A stretch of DNA of 64,000 bases from an uncultured Candidatus Saccharibacteria bacterium (GCA_964398205.1 CAYNLU010000001.1:417-64416), one strand, 5' to 3'; counted from the first letter of the stretch, positions 49,918 through 60,146 are shown. The notes: generated from the sequence alone by a model not told the origin. Translations and numbers: made by a program.

Positions 49918-50463
49918 CTATATTTTCTTAACTTGCAAGAAGTCTAATTCGACCGGGGTTTCACGACCGAACATAGAGACTAATACTTTTACCTTACCTC
50001 TATCTTCTTCTACTTGACTCACCTTGCCTTCTAAATCTTTAAACGGTCCGTCTGTAATCAATACCATTTCATCTATAGCGAGGTCTATCTTATGCTTTAC
50101 TTGACCTCCATCCATCTTCTTGAACAAGAAATCAACTTCATCTGGACGTAAAGGAACTGGATTTACTCCTGCTCCTACGAAACCTGTAACCCGAGGAGTA
50201 TTTCGTACTACGTACCAAGAATCATCCGTCACAATCATATCTACTAATACATATCCTGGATAAACTTTCTCTTCTGTTTCTACCCGTTTACCAGCTTTAA
50301 TCTTAATCTTTTTCTCGGTAGGTACTATAACATTAAAAATCTTATCGTTCATACCTAGAGAGTCGATACGTTGTTTTAAATTACGCAAAACAACATTCTC
50401 ATACCCTGCATAAGTATGAATCGCATACCAATTTCTTTTACCTGCTACTTCTTGTTTTGACAT
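49918..50463 (-). CDS. nusG: transcription termination/antitermination factor NusG
   Basis: WYAIHT, PGYVLV, VRNTPRVTGFVG, FGRETPVEL. Confidence 0.98.
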   Translation of the reverse strand: MSKQEVAGKRNWYAIHTYAGYENVVLRNLKQRIDSLGMNDKIFNVIVPTEKKIKIKAGKRVETEEKVYPGYVLVDMIVTDDSWYVVRNTPRVTGFVGAGVNPVPLRPDEVDFLFKKMDGGQVKHKIDLAIDEMVLITDGPFKDLEGKVSQVEEDRGKVKVLVSMFGRETPVELDFLQVKKI

Positions 50464-50494
50464 ATAAATTATGTTTAAAGTTAAAAGTGATAAA

Positions 50495-50680
50495 TTAAAA
50501 ACCTAAAAGCTTTTCTAAACCTTTAGAAAAACCAAAATCAAATAAACCTAATAAATAAGCAACAAGTACAGAAAGAATAATCACTACTAAAGTATAGCTA
50601 ATAGTTTGGCTTCTTGAAGGCCAAGTCATATGCTTTAATTCAGTTTTAGTTTCATTTAAAAATGTAGTAATTTTTGACAT
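50495..50680 (-). CDS. secE: preprotein translocase SecE
   Basis: ELKHMTWP plus single TM; upstream of nusG. Confidence 0.95.
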   Translation of the reverse strand: MSKITTFLNETKTELKHMTWPSRSQTISYTLVVIILSVLVAYLLGLFDFGFSKGLEKLLGF

Positions 50681-50726
50681 AGATTTATTTTATTCCTTAT
50701 AAAAAAGCCCTTTTGGGGCTCTTTTA

Positions 50727-50755
50727 ATATTACTCTTTTTTAGACTAAAAGTCAA
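50727..50755 (-). promoter_or_regulatory. promoter of secE-nusG-rplK
   Basis: TTGACT-17 nt-TAATAT. Confidence 0.7.
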
Positions 50756-50769
50756 TGATAATAAATTAT

Positions 50770-53067
50770 TTATTGATTTAAAAGTTTAATAGTATTAAAT
50801 CCTAGGATTCCATCTACCTTGAGATTATTAGCTTTTTGGAATTTCTTCAAAGCAAGCTCGGTATTATATCCAAAGAAAGTTATTTCTTTAGAATTTTCTG
50901 TGCCTTTTACTTTATAGCCTTTTTCATTCAATTTCTTTTGTAAACATTTTACTTCTTGATTGTCGATCCCCTTCATTAGATTTTTAGATAAAGTACAAGA
51001 ATTTGATGTTAAAGTAGTTTCTGCCCCTAAAACCTTACTAGGTCCACTATGAGTACCACCTACACATTTATAACTAAAATGATTGCTATAAAAAGTTTCG
51101 CTAGCGCCAGTAGAAAGATTTATCCAATTAGGAATATATTCTTCTTTGTAATATTCGAGTGAAGTAGTAGCTGGATACCATTTTTTACAGAAGTTTAGTA
51201 TTTCATTTGTATGAACATAACCACTATTTAAATCAGTTACCCAAAAACCTTTATCATTCAAATATTGAGAAAGTTTAGTCCCCCAAATACTTACTCGAGG
51301 AGTTAAATCTAAAGAAGCAGTATTAGCAACCGGAGGATTAATTACTGTAATATTGCAAGATTGACCAGTAGTCATACTATAACCATTATTAGAAGCACAT
51401 CCAGGTAGATAATTAGGATTTTGAGTTGCATTAATAGTTATTGATTTTTCTACTAGTAAAGGACCTCCTTGATTTTTACAGGTTAAGGTATAAGTTTTTG
51501 ATCCCAAGAAATCTATATTGATAGTTAAGTTATCTTCTTCATCTTTACTACCAGTCCATGCACCCGAAGCTTCACAGAGTGATACCCCAGTAGCTTTCCA
51601 AGATAAATTAGTTTGACCTCCAAAATACAAATTAGTTGGATTTGCGGTAAATGCTAAACTCGCAGTTGGAGGTATAGGGTAACAATTTGGATAAGTACCA
51701 GTCGTACCGGTAGGACAAACTGTTTTTATACAATTTGGATAAGTGCCTGTATAACCTGAAGGACAAAATACTGGATCAACTATATAAACCCCAACTTGAA
51801 CACTATTAGCTGCAATTCCCCCAATTCCGGTACAAGTTAACGTGAAAGTTGTAGTTGTATTTAAATTATAAATAATTTCAGAACCACTTGTAGGTTTTGT
51901 TCCAGACCATCCACCCCCTGCAACACAAGAAGTAGCATTAGTAGAATTCCAAGTTAAAGTAACAGCTTGACCTGACTCTACACTATTTGTAGATGCATTA
52001 ATATTTACAGTAATTATTCCTGGTTTTTTAACTTCAACTGTTCTTGAAATAACTTTACTTATTCCTACAGATTCTCCAGTACAAGTTAATGTAAACTTCG
52101 TTGGAGTTGTAATATTTGAAATTACTTCGCTACCTGAGAGAGGTTTAGCTCCAGTCCAACCATCGCTTGCAGTACACTCTTTTGCATTTTTTGTACTCCA
52201 AGTTAGAGTTGTACTACCCCCATAATCAATTCCAAGAGGATTTATATTGAAAGTTATAATAGGTATAATTGGATTTGCGACTGATACTGTTTTAGAAGCA
52301 AAAGCAGAACCTTGAGTATTGTTACAAGTTATACTAAATATAGTAGGAAGTATTAAATTTGAAACTACTTCGCTACCTGAGAGAGGTTTATTACCTGACC
52401 ATCCTCCGCTAGCAATACAAGAATCTGCATTAGTAGAAGTCCAAGTTAAAGTTGTACTACCTCCGTAACTAACTCCAATAGGGTCTAGAGAGAAATTAAC
52501 ACTTGGTTTAGGTATAAATACAGGTAAACAGTTTGGCCAAGTTCCAGTCATTCCTTCTGGGCAAGATTTAACACAACTACCCCCAGTATCTACACCAGTC
52601 TCATCTCCGTTTAAAATACCATCAAAACAACTTTCAGTTATAGTTGTACAATTTCCACCTTGATCAATTCCAGTTTCTCCCCAATCTTGAATACCGTTAA
52701 AACAATTTTCATTTGAAGTTTCTGCACAACTCAAATCTTTAATTTTTTCTTTAGTCAAAGAACCTACGAAACCTAAAGCTGGTTTTATATTATTAGCTTT
52801 TTGAAAATTAAGCACAGCTTTCAAAGTAGAAGTTCCAAAATATCCACTAGGATTAACACTTAAATAACCTTGAGATTTTAGATATTTTTGCAAAATTGTA
52901 ACTTCACCTTTTTTATTAATATCTCTATCTCCGAATTTAAGATTATTTTGTAAATCTATACATTCCGAAGTACTACCGCTCCCAGTCTGAGCTTTCGCAA
53001 GATTAGGTGCTAATACAAAACTAAACAAAAGGATAAAAACTAACGAGATTTTTAAATATTTTTTCAT
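50770..53067 (-). CDS. secreted peptidoglycan-binding protein with Ig-like and Cys-rich repeats
   Basis: signal peptide; N- and C-terminal PG_binding_1-like domains (LQ..L..GY..G.FG..T..A...FQ); ~81-aa LTW..C.....W repeats. Confidence 0.85.
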   Translation of the reverse strand: MKKYLKISLVFILLFSFVLAPNLAKAQTGSGSTSECIDLQNNLKFGDRDINKKGEVTILQKYLKSQGYLSVNPSGYFGTSTLKAVLNFQKANNIKPALGFVGSLTKEKIKDLSCAETSNENCFNGIQDWGETGIDQGGNCTTITESCFDGILNGDETGVDTGGSCVKSCPEGMTGTWPNCLPVFIPKPSVNFSLDPIGVSYGGSTTLTWTSTNADSCIASGGWSGNKPLSGSEVVSNLILPTIFSITCNNTQGSAFASKTVSVANPIIPIITFNINPLGIDYGGSTTLTWSTKNAKECTASDGWTGAKPLSGSEVISNITTPTKFTLTCTGESVGISKVISRTVEVKKPGIITVNINASTNSVESGQAVTLTWNSTNATSCVAGGGWSGTKPTSGSEIIYNLNTTTTFTLTCTGIGGIAANSVQVGVYIVDPVFCPSGYTGTYPNCIKTVCPTGTTGTYPNCYPIPPTASLAFTANPTNLYFGGQTNLSWKATGVSLCEASGAWTGSKDEEDNLTINIDFLGSKTYTLTCKNQGGPLLVEKSITINATQNPNYLPGCASNNGYSMTTGQSCNITVINPPVANTASLDLTPRVSIWGTKLSQYLNDKGFWVTDLNSGYVHTNEILNFCKKWYPATTSLEYYKEEYIPNWINLSTGASETFYSNHFSYKCVGGTHSGPSKVLGAETTLTSNSCTLSKNLMKGIDNQEVKCLQKKLNEKGYKVKGTENSKEITFFGYNTELALKKFQKANNLKVDGILGFNTIKLLNQ

Positions 53068-53160
53068 AACTTGTAAATTATTTTTAATAATTAAATTATA
53101 CTAGTTTACAAAGAAAAAAGACAATCGTTTTTGCGATTGTCTTTTTTAAAAATCTAAAAT

Positions 53161-53961
53161 TTATTTGATTTTATAAGTAATACTAACCTCAGAAGTAATT
53201 GTATTTTCTCCTTTTGGTAAAGAAAGATTTGCTCCGGCATCCGCACTCTCTAAGCTTGCTTTTGCATAGTAGATAGGAGTTCCATAACTAGGAGTTTCAC
53301 TAAAACTAGTAATACGTCCTAAACGAACACCTAAATCTTTAGCTAAAACTTTTGCTTTTGCTCGAGCGTCTTCGATAGCTTCTTTGCGAGCTTGGGCTTT
53401 AAGGTTATCTTCGTCATCAATCTTAAAATTAGGACCTGAGAGATCAGTAATTCCTAAAGTTCCTAAATCAGTAATAACCTTACCAGCATTATCAGTATCA
53501 CGAACTTTAACTTCAATACTTAGAGTTGCAGTATATCCTACTATAACGCTTTTAGTATTTACCGGAGGATAGATAGCGATTTCTGGAGCGTATTTACTAG
53601 AAGTAGTTTGATATTCATACTTTGGATAGAAAGAAGAATTTATAGTCTTGATGTCTTTTTCTTCTATTTTATTTTCTTTCAAATTCTCTAGAGCTTTCGC
53701 TTCTATTTCGGCTACTAATGCTTGCGCTTCTTTCACAGTTTTTCCATCTTTAGTAATAGAGAAATTTACAGTTGCAATATCTGGAACTGCATTTATTTCT
53801 GATTTACCAGTAACTGTAATAGTACTTGGATTTGTAGAATCACCTTTGTATCCTTTACCTTCGTTATCAAAAGCATTTACTAAAACCAAAGCACACACAA
53901 AAATAACTAAAACTTTAAAAACGAAAACTTTATTTTCTTTAAATAATTCTTTGATATTCAT
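53161..53961 (-). CDS. SIMPL (DUF541) domain protein
   Basis: ITVTG....PD.A, AIEDARAKA..LA..LG. Confidence 0.9.
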   Translation of the reverse strand: MNIKELFKENKVFVFKVLVIFVCALVLVNAFDNEGKGYKGDSTNPSTITVTGKSEINAVPDIATVNFSITKDGKTVKEAQALVAEIEAKALENLKENKIEEKDIKTINSSFYPKYEYQTTSSKYAPEIAIYPPVNTKSVIVGYTATLSIEVKVRDTDNAGKVITDLGTLGITDLSGPNFKIDDEDNLKAQARKEAIEDARAKAKVLAKDLGVRLGRITSFSETPSYGTPIYYAKASLESADAGANLSLPKGENTITSEVSITYKIK

Positions 53962-53962
53962 A

Positions 53963-54364
53963 CTATTGTTGTGGATTGATTGCTAAAACTTCAACTTCGA
54001 AAATTAAAGTAGAATTTGCAGGGATAGGACCAACTGCATTTTCTCCGTAACCTTTTTCAGGAGGAACTGTTAAAGTTTTCTTCTCACCAACTTTCATACC
54101 TACAATACCTTCATCCCAACCAGGAATAACTTGACCAATACCTAAAGGAAATACAAAAGGTTCTACGTGACCAAAAGAAGGATCAACATTAGAGTCAAAA
54201 ACAGTTCCGTCTTCAAGACGACCTGTATAATTTACAGATACTACGTCCCCTGCTTTTGCTACTTTAGAAGATGAAGGAGAACCACCTTTATTTAAAGTTA
54301 AATAAGCGAGTACTCCTAAAACTACTAAAACTACAACAATACCGATTGCTAAACTTTTATTCAT
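53963..54364 (-). CDS. FKBP-type peptidyl-prolyl isomerase
   Basis: YTGRLEDGTVFDS, VIPGWDEG, IPANSTLIFEVE. Confidence 0.96.
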   Translation of the reverse strand: MNKSLAIGIVVVLVVLGVLAYLTLNKGGSPSSSKVAKAGDVVSVNYTGRLEDGTVFDSNVDPSFGHVEPFVFPLGIGQVIPGWDEGIVGMKVGEKKTLTVPPEKGYGENAVGPIPANSTLIFEVEVLAINPQQ

Positions 54365-54430
54365 AATTTTAATTAAAAAGTTAAACTACTAATACTATAA
54401 TTATACAAAAAATGAAAAGAAAATACAAAA

Positions 54431-55444
54431 CTAGAGAATATTAACTTCGGGTTCGATTTTAATACCGAACTTTTTATCTACTTCCGCCATTATATGGTAA
54501 GCTAAATCTCTAATTTCTTCTCCTTTACCACCTCCGTGATGAACTAAAATCAAAGATTGCTTATCGTGAACTCCAATATTTCCGAAAACTTTACCTTTAA
54601 AACCGCAAGTTTCGATAAGCCAAGCAGTGGGGATTTTAATTAGCTCATCTTCTAAGAAATACGGGATTTCAGGATAAGACTTTTGCAATTCTGCTAACTT
54701 TTCTTTATTAACATAAGAATTTTTAAAAAAACTTCCGGCATTCCCTAAAACTTTCGGATCAGGTAATTTGCTTTTACGGATACTTGAAACTATAGCACTA
54801 ATATCTTTAGAATTTTTGATTACTAATTTATTTTCTTCTATATAATTTTTAAGAATTCTATATTCTGTATTTGGATTTTGATTTTTAGATAATTTAAAAA
54901 TTACCGAAACAATAAAATATTTTCCTTTATATTTATTTTTAAAAACACTATCGCGATAACCAAACTCACATTCATCTTTACTAAAGTCACGGAAACTTGC
55001 ATTTTCAATATCTAACGCCGTCAAAGAATAAAAAACGTCTTTTAACTCACTACCATAAGCCCCTATATTTTGTACCGGACTTGCCCCGACAGTACCCGGT
55101 ATTAAAGCTAAGTTTTCAAGACCCCAATACCCTTTATCGGTAGAAAAAACTACTAAATCATCCCAAAGCTCACCTCCCAAAGCTTTAATATAAACTTCAT
55201 TTTCATCTTCTTTTAAGATTTCAATTCCTTTTAGTTTATTTAAAATTACTAAACCTTCATAATCTTTAGTAAATAAAATATTACTTCCTCCTCCTAAAAA
55301 CAAACGTGAGTTTTCAGCAAATACTTTTTCTTTTAATAAGTTTAGTAAATCACTTTCATTTTCAAGCTCCACAAAATACCTGGCATTAGTTTTCAGGCCG
55401 AATGTGTTGAATTTAGTTATATCTACATTTTCTCTAATTTGCAT
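54431..55444 (-). CDS. murB: UDP-N-acetylmuramate dehydrogenase
   Basis: GGGSN, IPGTVGASPVQNIGAYG, NAGSFFKN, EPEV. Confidence 0.97.
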   Translation of the reverse strand: MQIRENVDITKFNTFGLKTNARYFVELENESDLLNLLKEKVFAENSRLFLGGGSNILFTKDYEGLVILNKLKGIEILKEDENEVYIKALGGELWDDLVVFSTDKGYWGLENLALIPGTVGASPVQNIGAYGSELKDVFYSLTALDIENASFRDFSKDECEFGYRDSVFKNKYKGKYFIVSVIFKLSKNQNPNTEYRILKNYIEENKLVIKNSKDISAIVSSIRKSKLPDPKVLGNAGSFFKNSYVNKEKLAELQKSYPEIPYFLEDELIKIPTAWLIETCGFKGKVFGNIGVHDKQSLILVHHGGGKGEEIRDLAYHIMAEVDKKFGIKIEPEVNIL

Positions 55445-55446
55445 TT

Positions 55447-55977
55447 TTACATTATTTCTTTCTCTAAGGTTTTTTGGATTTCTTCTTCGGTGACTGGGTG
55501 TATCATCTTTTGAAATTCTTTATCCTGACTTATATCTATACCGTTTTTCTCTAAAAGTAGCGAAGTCATCTTCATAAGTTTAGTGATTTCTCTTTCTGCA
55601 ATAAAATTTAGTTGCAAATGAATTTCTTCGCGGAGGTCGTCTATCTTACTGCTACGATTTTGAGCTATCAAAACAAAGATAGATAGAAATATCGCTTCTA
55701 GAGATACAATAGTAGTTAAAAGCATAAAAGGAAAAGGATCAAAAGCTTCTAACCCTTTTATCATATTCGTATTCACAATAATCCAAAATATAAAAACTAA
55801 AGCATTAAAAGTCAAAAATACATTACTTCCAAAAAAAGAAGACATATTATCAGCAACCTTCTCAGTTAAAGTTCTTTTAGAATCGAACTTAGCTTTAATA
55901 CTGTGGAACATTCTACGTCTTTCTTTTTGATGATGCTCTGAGAAAACTCTAAATATATTTTTATGATTATTATTCAT
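55447..55977 (-). CDS. DUF1003 membrane protein
   Basis: FDPFPF.LL...SLEAIFLS..VLIAQNR. Confidence 0.88.
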   Translation of the reverse strand: MNNNHKNIFRVFSEHHQKERRRMFHSIKAKFDSKRTLTEKVADNMSSFFGSNVFLTFNALVFIFWIIVNTNMIKGLEAFDPFPFMLLTTIVSLEAIFLSIFVLIAQNRSSKIDDLREEIHLQLNFIAEREITKLMKMTSLLLEKNGIDISQDKEFQKMIHPVTEEEIQKTLEKEIM

Positions 55978-56012
55978 AGCTATATTATAATTTATATAAA
56001 GTTAAAAAGAAA

Positions 56013-56573
56013 CTAGTCACGAATTATACTAATATTCCCGTCTTTATCAAATTTGATTATTTTAGAAGGCTCACCCGCAATCTCGCCTCCATCTAGATAT
56101 AAGTCTACCCTATCACCAAAATACTCTTTCGCTTCTTTGATATTAGAAGCGGGCTTGAGTCCTGCAATATTCGCCGAAGGGGCTATCAAAGGTCCGGTTA
56201 ATCTAAGCAAATTTCTTAAATTCTCATTTTTAGGGATTCGAAAAGCTAGGCTTTTAGTACCTCTATCTAAATAAATTAAATCTTGATTTTCGCAATTTAA
56301 AATAAAAGTTAAAGCGCGAAATTTTTCATTTTCGACAAACTCTCTCTCGGTATCAGTAATAGCTAAATTAAATTTCTCTAAATCTGAAAAATCACTAATT
56401 AAAATAATACAAGGCTTTTCTTTCTCTCTTTGACGGATTTCATATATTCTCTCTACAGTCTCGGGTAAAAATGCATTCCCCAAAATCCCGTAAATCGTAT
56501 CCGTCGGCATCACCACTACCCCACCGTTTTTGAGAGTATCTATTAAATTAGAATTATCAAAAATATTTTGCAT
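56013..56573 (-). CDS. tsaC: threonylcarbamoyl-AMP synthase (TsaC/YrdC)
   Basis: PTDTIYG, R..EKP, PSAN. Confidence 0.9.
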   Translation of the reverse strand: MQNIFDNSNLIDTLKNGGVVVMPTDTIYGILGNAFLPETVERIYEIRQREKEKPCIILISDFSDLEKFNLAITDTEREFVENEKFRALTFILNCENQDLIYLDRGTKSLAFRIPKNENLRNLLRLTGPLIAPSANIAGLKPASNIKEAKEYFGDRVDLYLDGGEIAGEPSKIIKFDKDGNISIIRD

Positions 56574-57137
56574 TTAGTTTAAAGAAGGGTTTTCAGGAAA
56601 CCAAGTTTTTTCTAAAAGTTCATACTTTGCATTTAGTTTCTTGTACTCTTTTCGCAAAGAATCTATATCTTCTAAAGTAATATTTTCCTCATTAATTTTT
56701 TTACTCAGAAAATCAACTTGTATTTTTAAAAAATAAATTTGTTTTTCTAAATCAGTAGTCTCAGGTATACCGTCCTCTAGAGAAAAACTACCGTGTAGTT
56801 GAAAATTCTTCTTGTTTAATTCTTTTAACTTTTCGGTATCTGAATTTAGTTGATTTAATAAATCTTCCTTTTTTTGAATCAAAGAAACAATATTGTATAG
56901 TTGGTCTTTTAAATCAGTAAAATATTCTTTTTGTTTATCTTGAAATGAATCAATAAAATCATTCATTTTTTCTAATTTTTCGGTATTTTGCATATCCTCC
57001 TCTCTACCTATAATCTTACGAATACGATAATCTTCTTCTAAAGTATCTTCATTGTTTTTTAATAAATCTAAACCTCCCACAATTTTCTTTGCTTCTTCTT
57101 TAGCCTTATCACTTTTAAACCAATTAAATCCTTCCAT
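56574..57137 (-). CDS. hypothetical coiled-coil protein
   Basis: 187 aa ORF. Confidence 0.7.
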   Translation of the reverse strand: MEGFNWFKSDKAKEEAKKIVGGLDLLKNNEDTLEEDYRIRKIIGREEDMQNTEKLEKMNDFIDSFQDKQKEYFTDLKDQLYNIVSLIQKKEDLLNQLNSDTEKLKELNKKNFQLHGSFSLEDGIPETTDLEKQIYFLKIQVDFLSKKINEENITLEDIDSLRKEYKKLNAKYELLEKTWFPENPSLN

Positions 57138-57155
57138 ACCTATATTTTATACCCC

Positions 57156-57202
57156 AAATACAAAAAGTTCAAATATGTAAAATATTTGAACTTTTTGTAT
57201 TT
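57156..57202 (-). terminator. terminator after tRNA-His
   Basis: 21-bp perfect arms with a 5-nt loop. Confidence 0.7.
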
Positions 57203-57205
57203 TTG

Positions 57206-57278
57206 GGTGCCTATCGGGAGTCGAACCCGAATTAGCGGAACCACAACCCGCTGTGTTAACCATTACACCATAGGCACC
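57206..57278 (-). tRNA. tRNA-His(GUG)
   Basis: G-1 plus GTGCCTA/TAGGCAC, C73; anticodon loop TTGTGGT; T arm TCGGG-TTCGACT-CCCGA. Confidence 0.95.
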
Positions 57279-57322
57279 ATGTAGCTATATTTATATCAAA
57301 AATTTGAAATAAATGCTACTTT

Positions 57323-59926
57323 TTAAAATAATTTCTTGTGAATTTGCATTAAATATTTTGCGCCTTCTACTAGTATGAGATTAAGAGCTAACCAAAGAAA
57401 TATGAATGGTACCCAAGAGAGAGGCATCGGTGCGAGAGAAAAAGTCTCTCGCATAAGGGGTACTGTCATAGTAGTTATTAATAAACCGAGCGAAATTAAC
57501 AAACTATAATTCAATTTTCTATTTGCAAATATATTATAAGTCCAAATAGGTTTTGATAAAGAACGGAAAGAGTACGTAATAGCTAAAATATAAGATGAGA
57601 AACAAACGAAGAATATAGAACGAGCCACATCTACTTCTAATCCAATATTAATAAGAAAATAATAAAGGATAAAAAGCAAAACTGAAGACAATATACCAAT
57701 ACCTAAAGTTAAAACTTTTACTTCTTTAGAGAAAATTAACTGCAAGTCTTTCCCGCGATATTTTTCACGATCAATATCTTCATCAAAAGCAAAAGATAAA
57801 GCAGGCAGAGATCCAGTAAAAAGATTTACCCAAATGATTTGTAAAGCTGTTAAAGGCAAGGCTAAATTAAATATGAGACTACCTCCAATCACGAATACTT
57901 CATCAAGAGAGTTAGACATAAGGTAAACAAAACTTTTGCGAATATTAGCAAGGATTTTTCTACCTTCATCGATAGCTAGAGATATAGTTTCAAAATTATC
58001 ATCAAGCAAAACTAAATCCGCAGCAGACTTCGCTACGTCGGAACCTGAGCCGAGTGATATCCCGATATCCATAGCTTTGAGTGCTGGGGAATCGTTCACT
58101 CCGTCGCCAGTCATCGCTACTATCTCCCCTAGTTTTTGATATAGAGTTCCTATACGAAGTTTATCTTCGGGAGTAACTCGAGCAAAGATTTTAATATTTG
58201 TTAATATCTCTATTAATTCTTGGTCTGTCTTTTGACGCAAATCAGATCCAGTTAGGACATTCTCTTTCTCGGCGTGCCAATCTAAATCCTTTGCAACTGA
58301 TAAAGCCGTACCAGCTAAGTCTCCAGTCACTAAAACCATTTTGATTCCATGACTCTCGATATTCTTGATAGCTTGTGGCACTTCAGGTCGAATCGGATCA
58401 AAGAAAACTAAAACTCCTAGAAATTCAACATCTTTTATTTCTTCTATAGAAAACTTTGCATTACTACTTTTCTTTAAACGAGCAAGTCCTATCAATCTTT
58501 TGCCTTGATTACTAGTCTCTTCGATAAAGTCCATAATCCGCATATATTCGTCTTTATTTAATTGAGACAATTTCAAAAGAATATCTGGTGCGCCCATAAT
58601 AGTATAAATATCATTCTCTAAAGCCACTGAAAATTTATTAGTTGAGTTAAAAGGTAAAATTATATTTTTCTTGCTTTCGAAAATAGAATCTACTTCAATG
58701 CCGTGCAAAATAGCGGAACGCACAATATTCACTTCAAAAGGTCTTCCTTTTAAACTCCATTTACTTTTTTCATCATTAATATTTTCAACTATAACGTCGA
58801 CATTATTAAGAGAAGCTTCTATTAAAGATTTTTCATCCGCATCAAAATTATTCTTATCAAAATCTTTAATATTATTTATAATGCTATTTTTAGTTTTGAG
58901 GTCCACTAACTGCATATCAGCTTTAGTTAAAGTTCCGGTTTTATCAGTCATAATAAGCGTAGTTGAGCCTAAAGTTTCAGCTGCGGAAAGTTTACGAACA
59001 ATCCCCTTTTTATTTGCTATACGGGTTGCTCCGATTGCAAGTATGACTGTTAATACTATAGGTAAAGCCTCAGGTACAGCTCCTACCGCAACTGCAGAAG
59101 CTAATACAAGCATAGGTAATAATTCTTCTCCTCTCGAAATTCCTAAAAATAAAATTCCCAAAACTATAATTATAACTAAACCGAAAATAAACCAAGCAAG
59201 TTTGCTTACGTTTTTTTGTAGCGGAGTTTCACTACGTTCTACTTTTGAAACAATACCAGCGATTTTACCTATCTCCGTATTGTTCCCAGTCGCATATACA
59301 ATAGCCTCTCCATAACCTTCAACTACTAAAGTCCCTGCATGCACTATATTTTTACGTTCAACTAATTCAGTTCCTATATCTAAAACCGAATCTTCTTTCT
59401 CTATAGGTAATGATTCTCCTGTAAGAATAGCTTCATCAACACGCAAGTTATTTGAAAATAAAACTCGAGCATCGGCTGGGATACGAGAACCATATGACAA
59501 CTTTAAAATATCTCCGGGCACTATTGAATCAGAGTCTACTTCTGCTTCTTTACCTTTACGAACTACCTTTGATCTATCTTTTATATAGCTAGTAAGTTTA
59601 TCTAAAGTATTCTCAGCGTGATATTCATGATAAAAACCTAAACCTATATTAATAAACACCACAGCTAAAATAACAAAAGTATCAATCAACTCAGACAGGA
59701 AAAAGCTTACGATCGAAGCAACAATCAATAAAAATATTAAAGGACTTTTAAATTGCTTAAAGAAAATACTAAAAATAGATTTCTTTTCTTTATTATGAAA
59801 AGTATTAGTACCGTATTTAACTAAACGTATTTCTACTTCTTCTTCATTTAATCCTTTTTCACTAGAATTCAAACTTTGAAATGCCTTTTCTTTATCAAAA
59901 CCCCAAATTTGCAAAAAATGTTCCAT
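57323..59926 (-). CDS. cation-transporting P-type ATPase (P2-like)
   Basis: TGES, PEAL, DKTGTLT, TGD, TGDGVND. Confidence 0.95.
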   Translation of the reverse strand: MEHFLQIWGFDKEKAFQSLNSSEKGLNEEEVEIRLVKYGTNTFHNKEKKSIFSIFFKQFKSPLIFLLIVASIVSFFLSELIDTFVILAVVFINIGLGFYHEYHAENTLDKLTSYIKDRSKVVRKGKEAEVDSDSIVPGDILKLSYGSRIPADARVLFSNNLRVDEAILTGESLPIEKEDSVLDIGTELVERKNIVHAGTLVVEGYGEAIVYATGNNTEIGKIAGIVSKVERSETPLQKNVSKLAWFIFGLVIIIVLGILFLGISRGEELLPMLVLASAVAVGAVPEALPIVLTVILAIGATRIANKKGIVRKLSAAETLGSTTLIMTDKTGTLTKADMQLVDLKTKNSIINNIKDFDKNNFDADEKSLIEASLNNVDVIVENINDEKSKWSLKGRPFEVNIVRSAILHGIEVDSIFESKKNIILPFNSTNKFSVALENDIYTIMGAPDILLKLSQLNKDEYMRIMDFIEETSNQGKRLIGLARLKKSSNAKFSIEEIKDVEFLGVLVFFDPIRPEVPQAIKNIESHGIKMVLVTGDLAGTALSVAKDLDWHAEKENVLTGSDLRQKTDQELIEILTNIKIFARVTPEDKLRIGTLYQKLGEIVAMTGDGVNDSPALKAMDIGISLGSGSDVAKSAADLVLLDDNFETISLAIDEGRKILANIRKSFVYLMSNSLDEVFVIGGSLIFNLALPLTALQIIWVNLFTGSLPALSFAFDEDIDREKYRGKDLQLIFSKEVKVLTLGIGILSSVLLFILYYFLINIGLEVDVARSIFFVCFSSYILAITYSFRSLSKPIWTYNIFANRKLNYSLLISLGLLITTMTVPLMRETFSLAPMPLSWVPFIFLWLALNLILVEGAKYLMQIHKKLF

Positions 59927-59949
59927 ATTGAGATTTTAACATAAAACGC

Positions 59950-59977
59950 TTGCATAAAAAATCGATAATGCTATAAT
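59950..59977 (+). promoter_or_regulatory. sigma70 promoter
   Basis: TTGCAT-16 nt-TATAAT with TG extension. Confidence 0.65.
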
Positions 59978-59987
59978 AATATCGTGC

Positions 59988-60146
59988 AATTAAATATGAA
60001 TAATTTAATAAAGAAATCTTACGGGAATCACATTCTCTCTATTTCTATTATTAAATCTCTCTTTACCCAAGAGAACTTGAAGATTCATATTTAATTTTTA
60101 CTCTCAAAAAAATAAAAGTTAAATACGAGTCCTCAAGTGAGGACTT
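59988..60146 (+). ncRNA. putative structured RNA or leader
   Basis: 14-bp closing stem 59988-60001/60083-60096 with inner stems; then hairpin agtcctc/gaggact. Confidence 0.4.

Noticed and set aside
58671-59315. 214-aa plus-strand ORF and the other short antisense ORFs in the track
   Set aside because: Shadows of well-supported genes on the opposite strand
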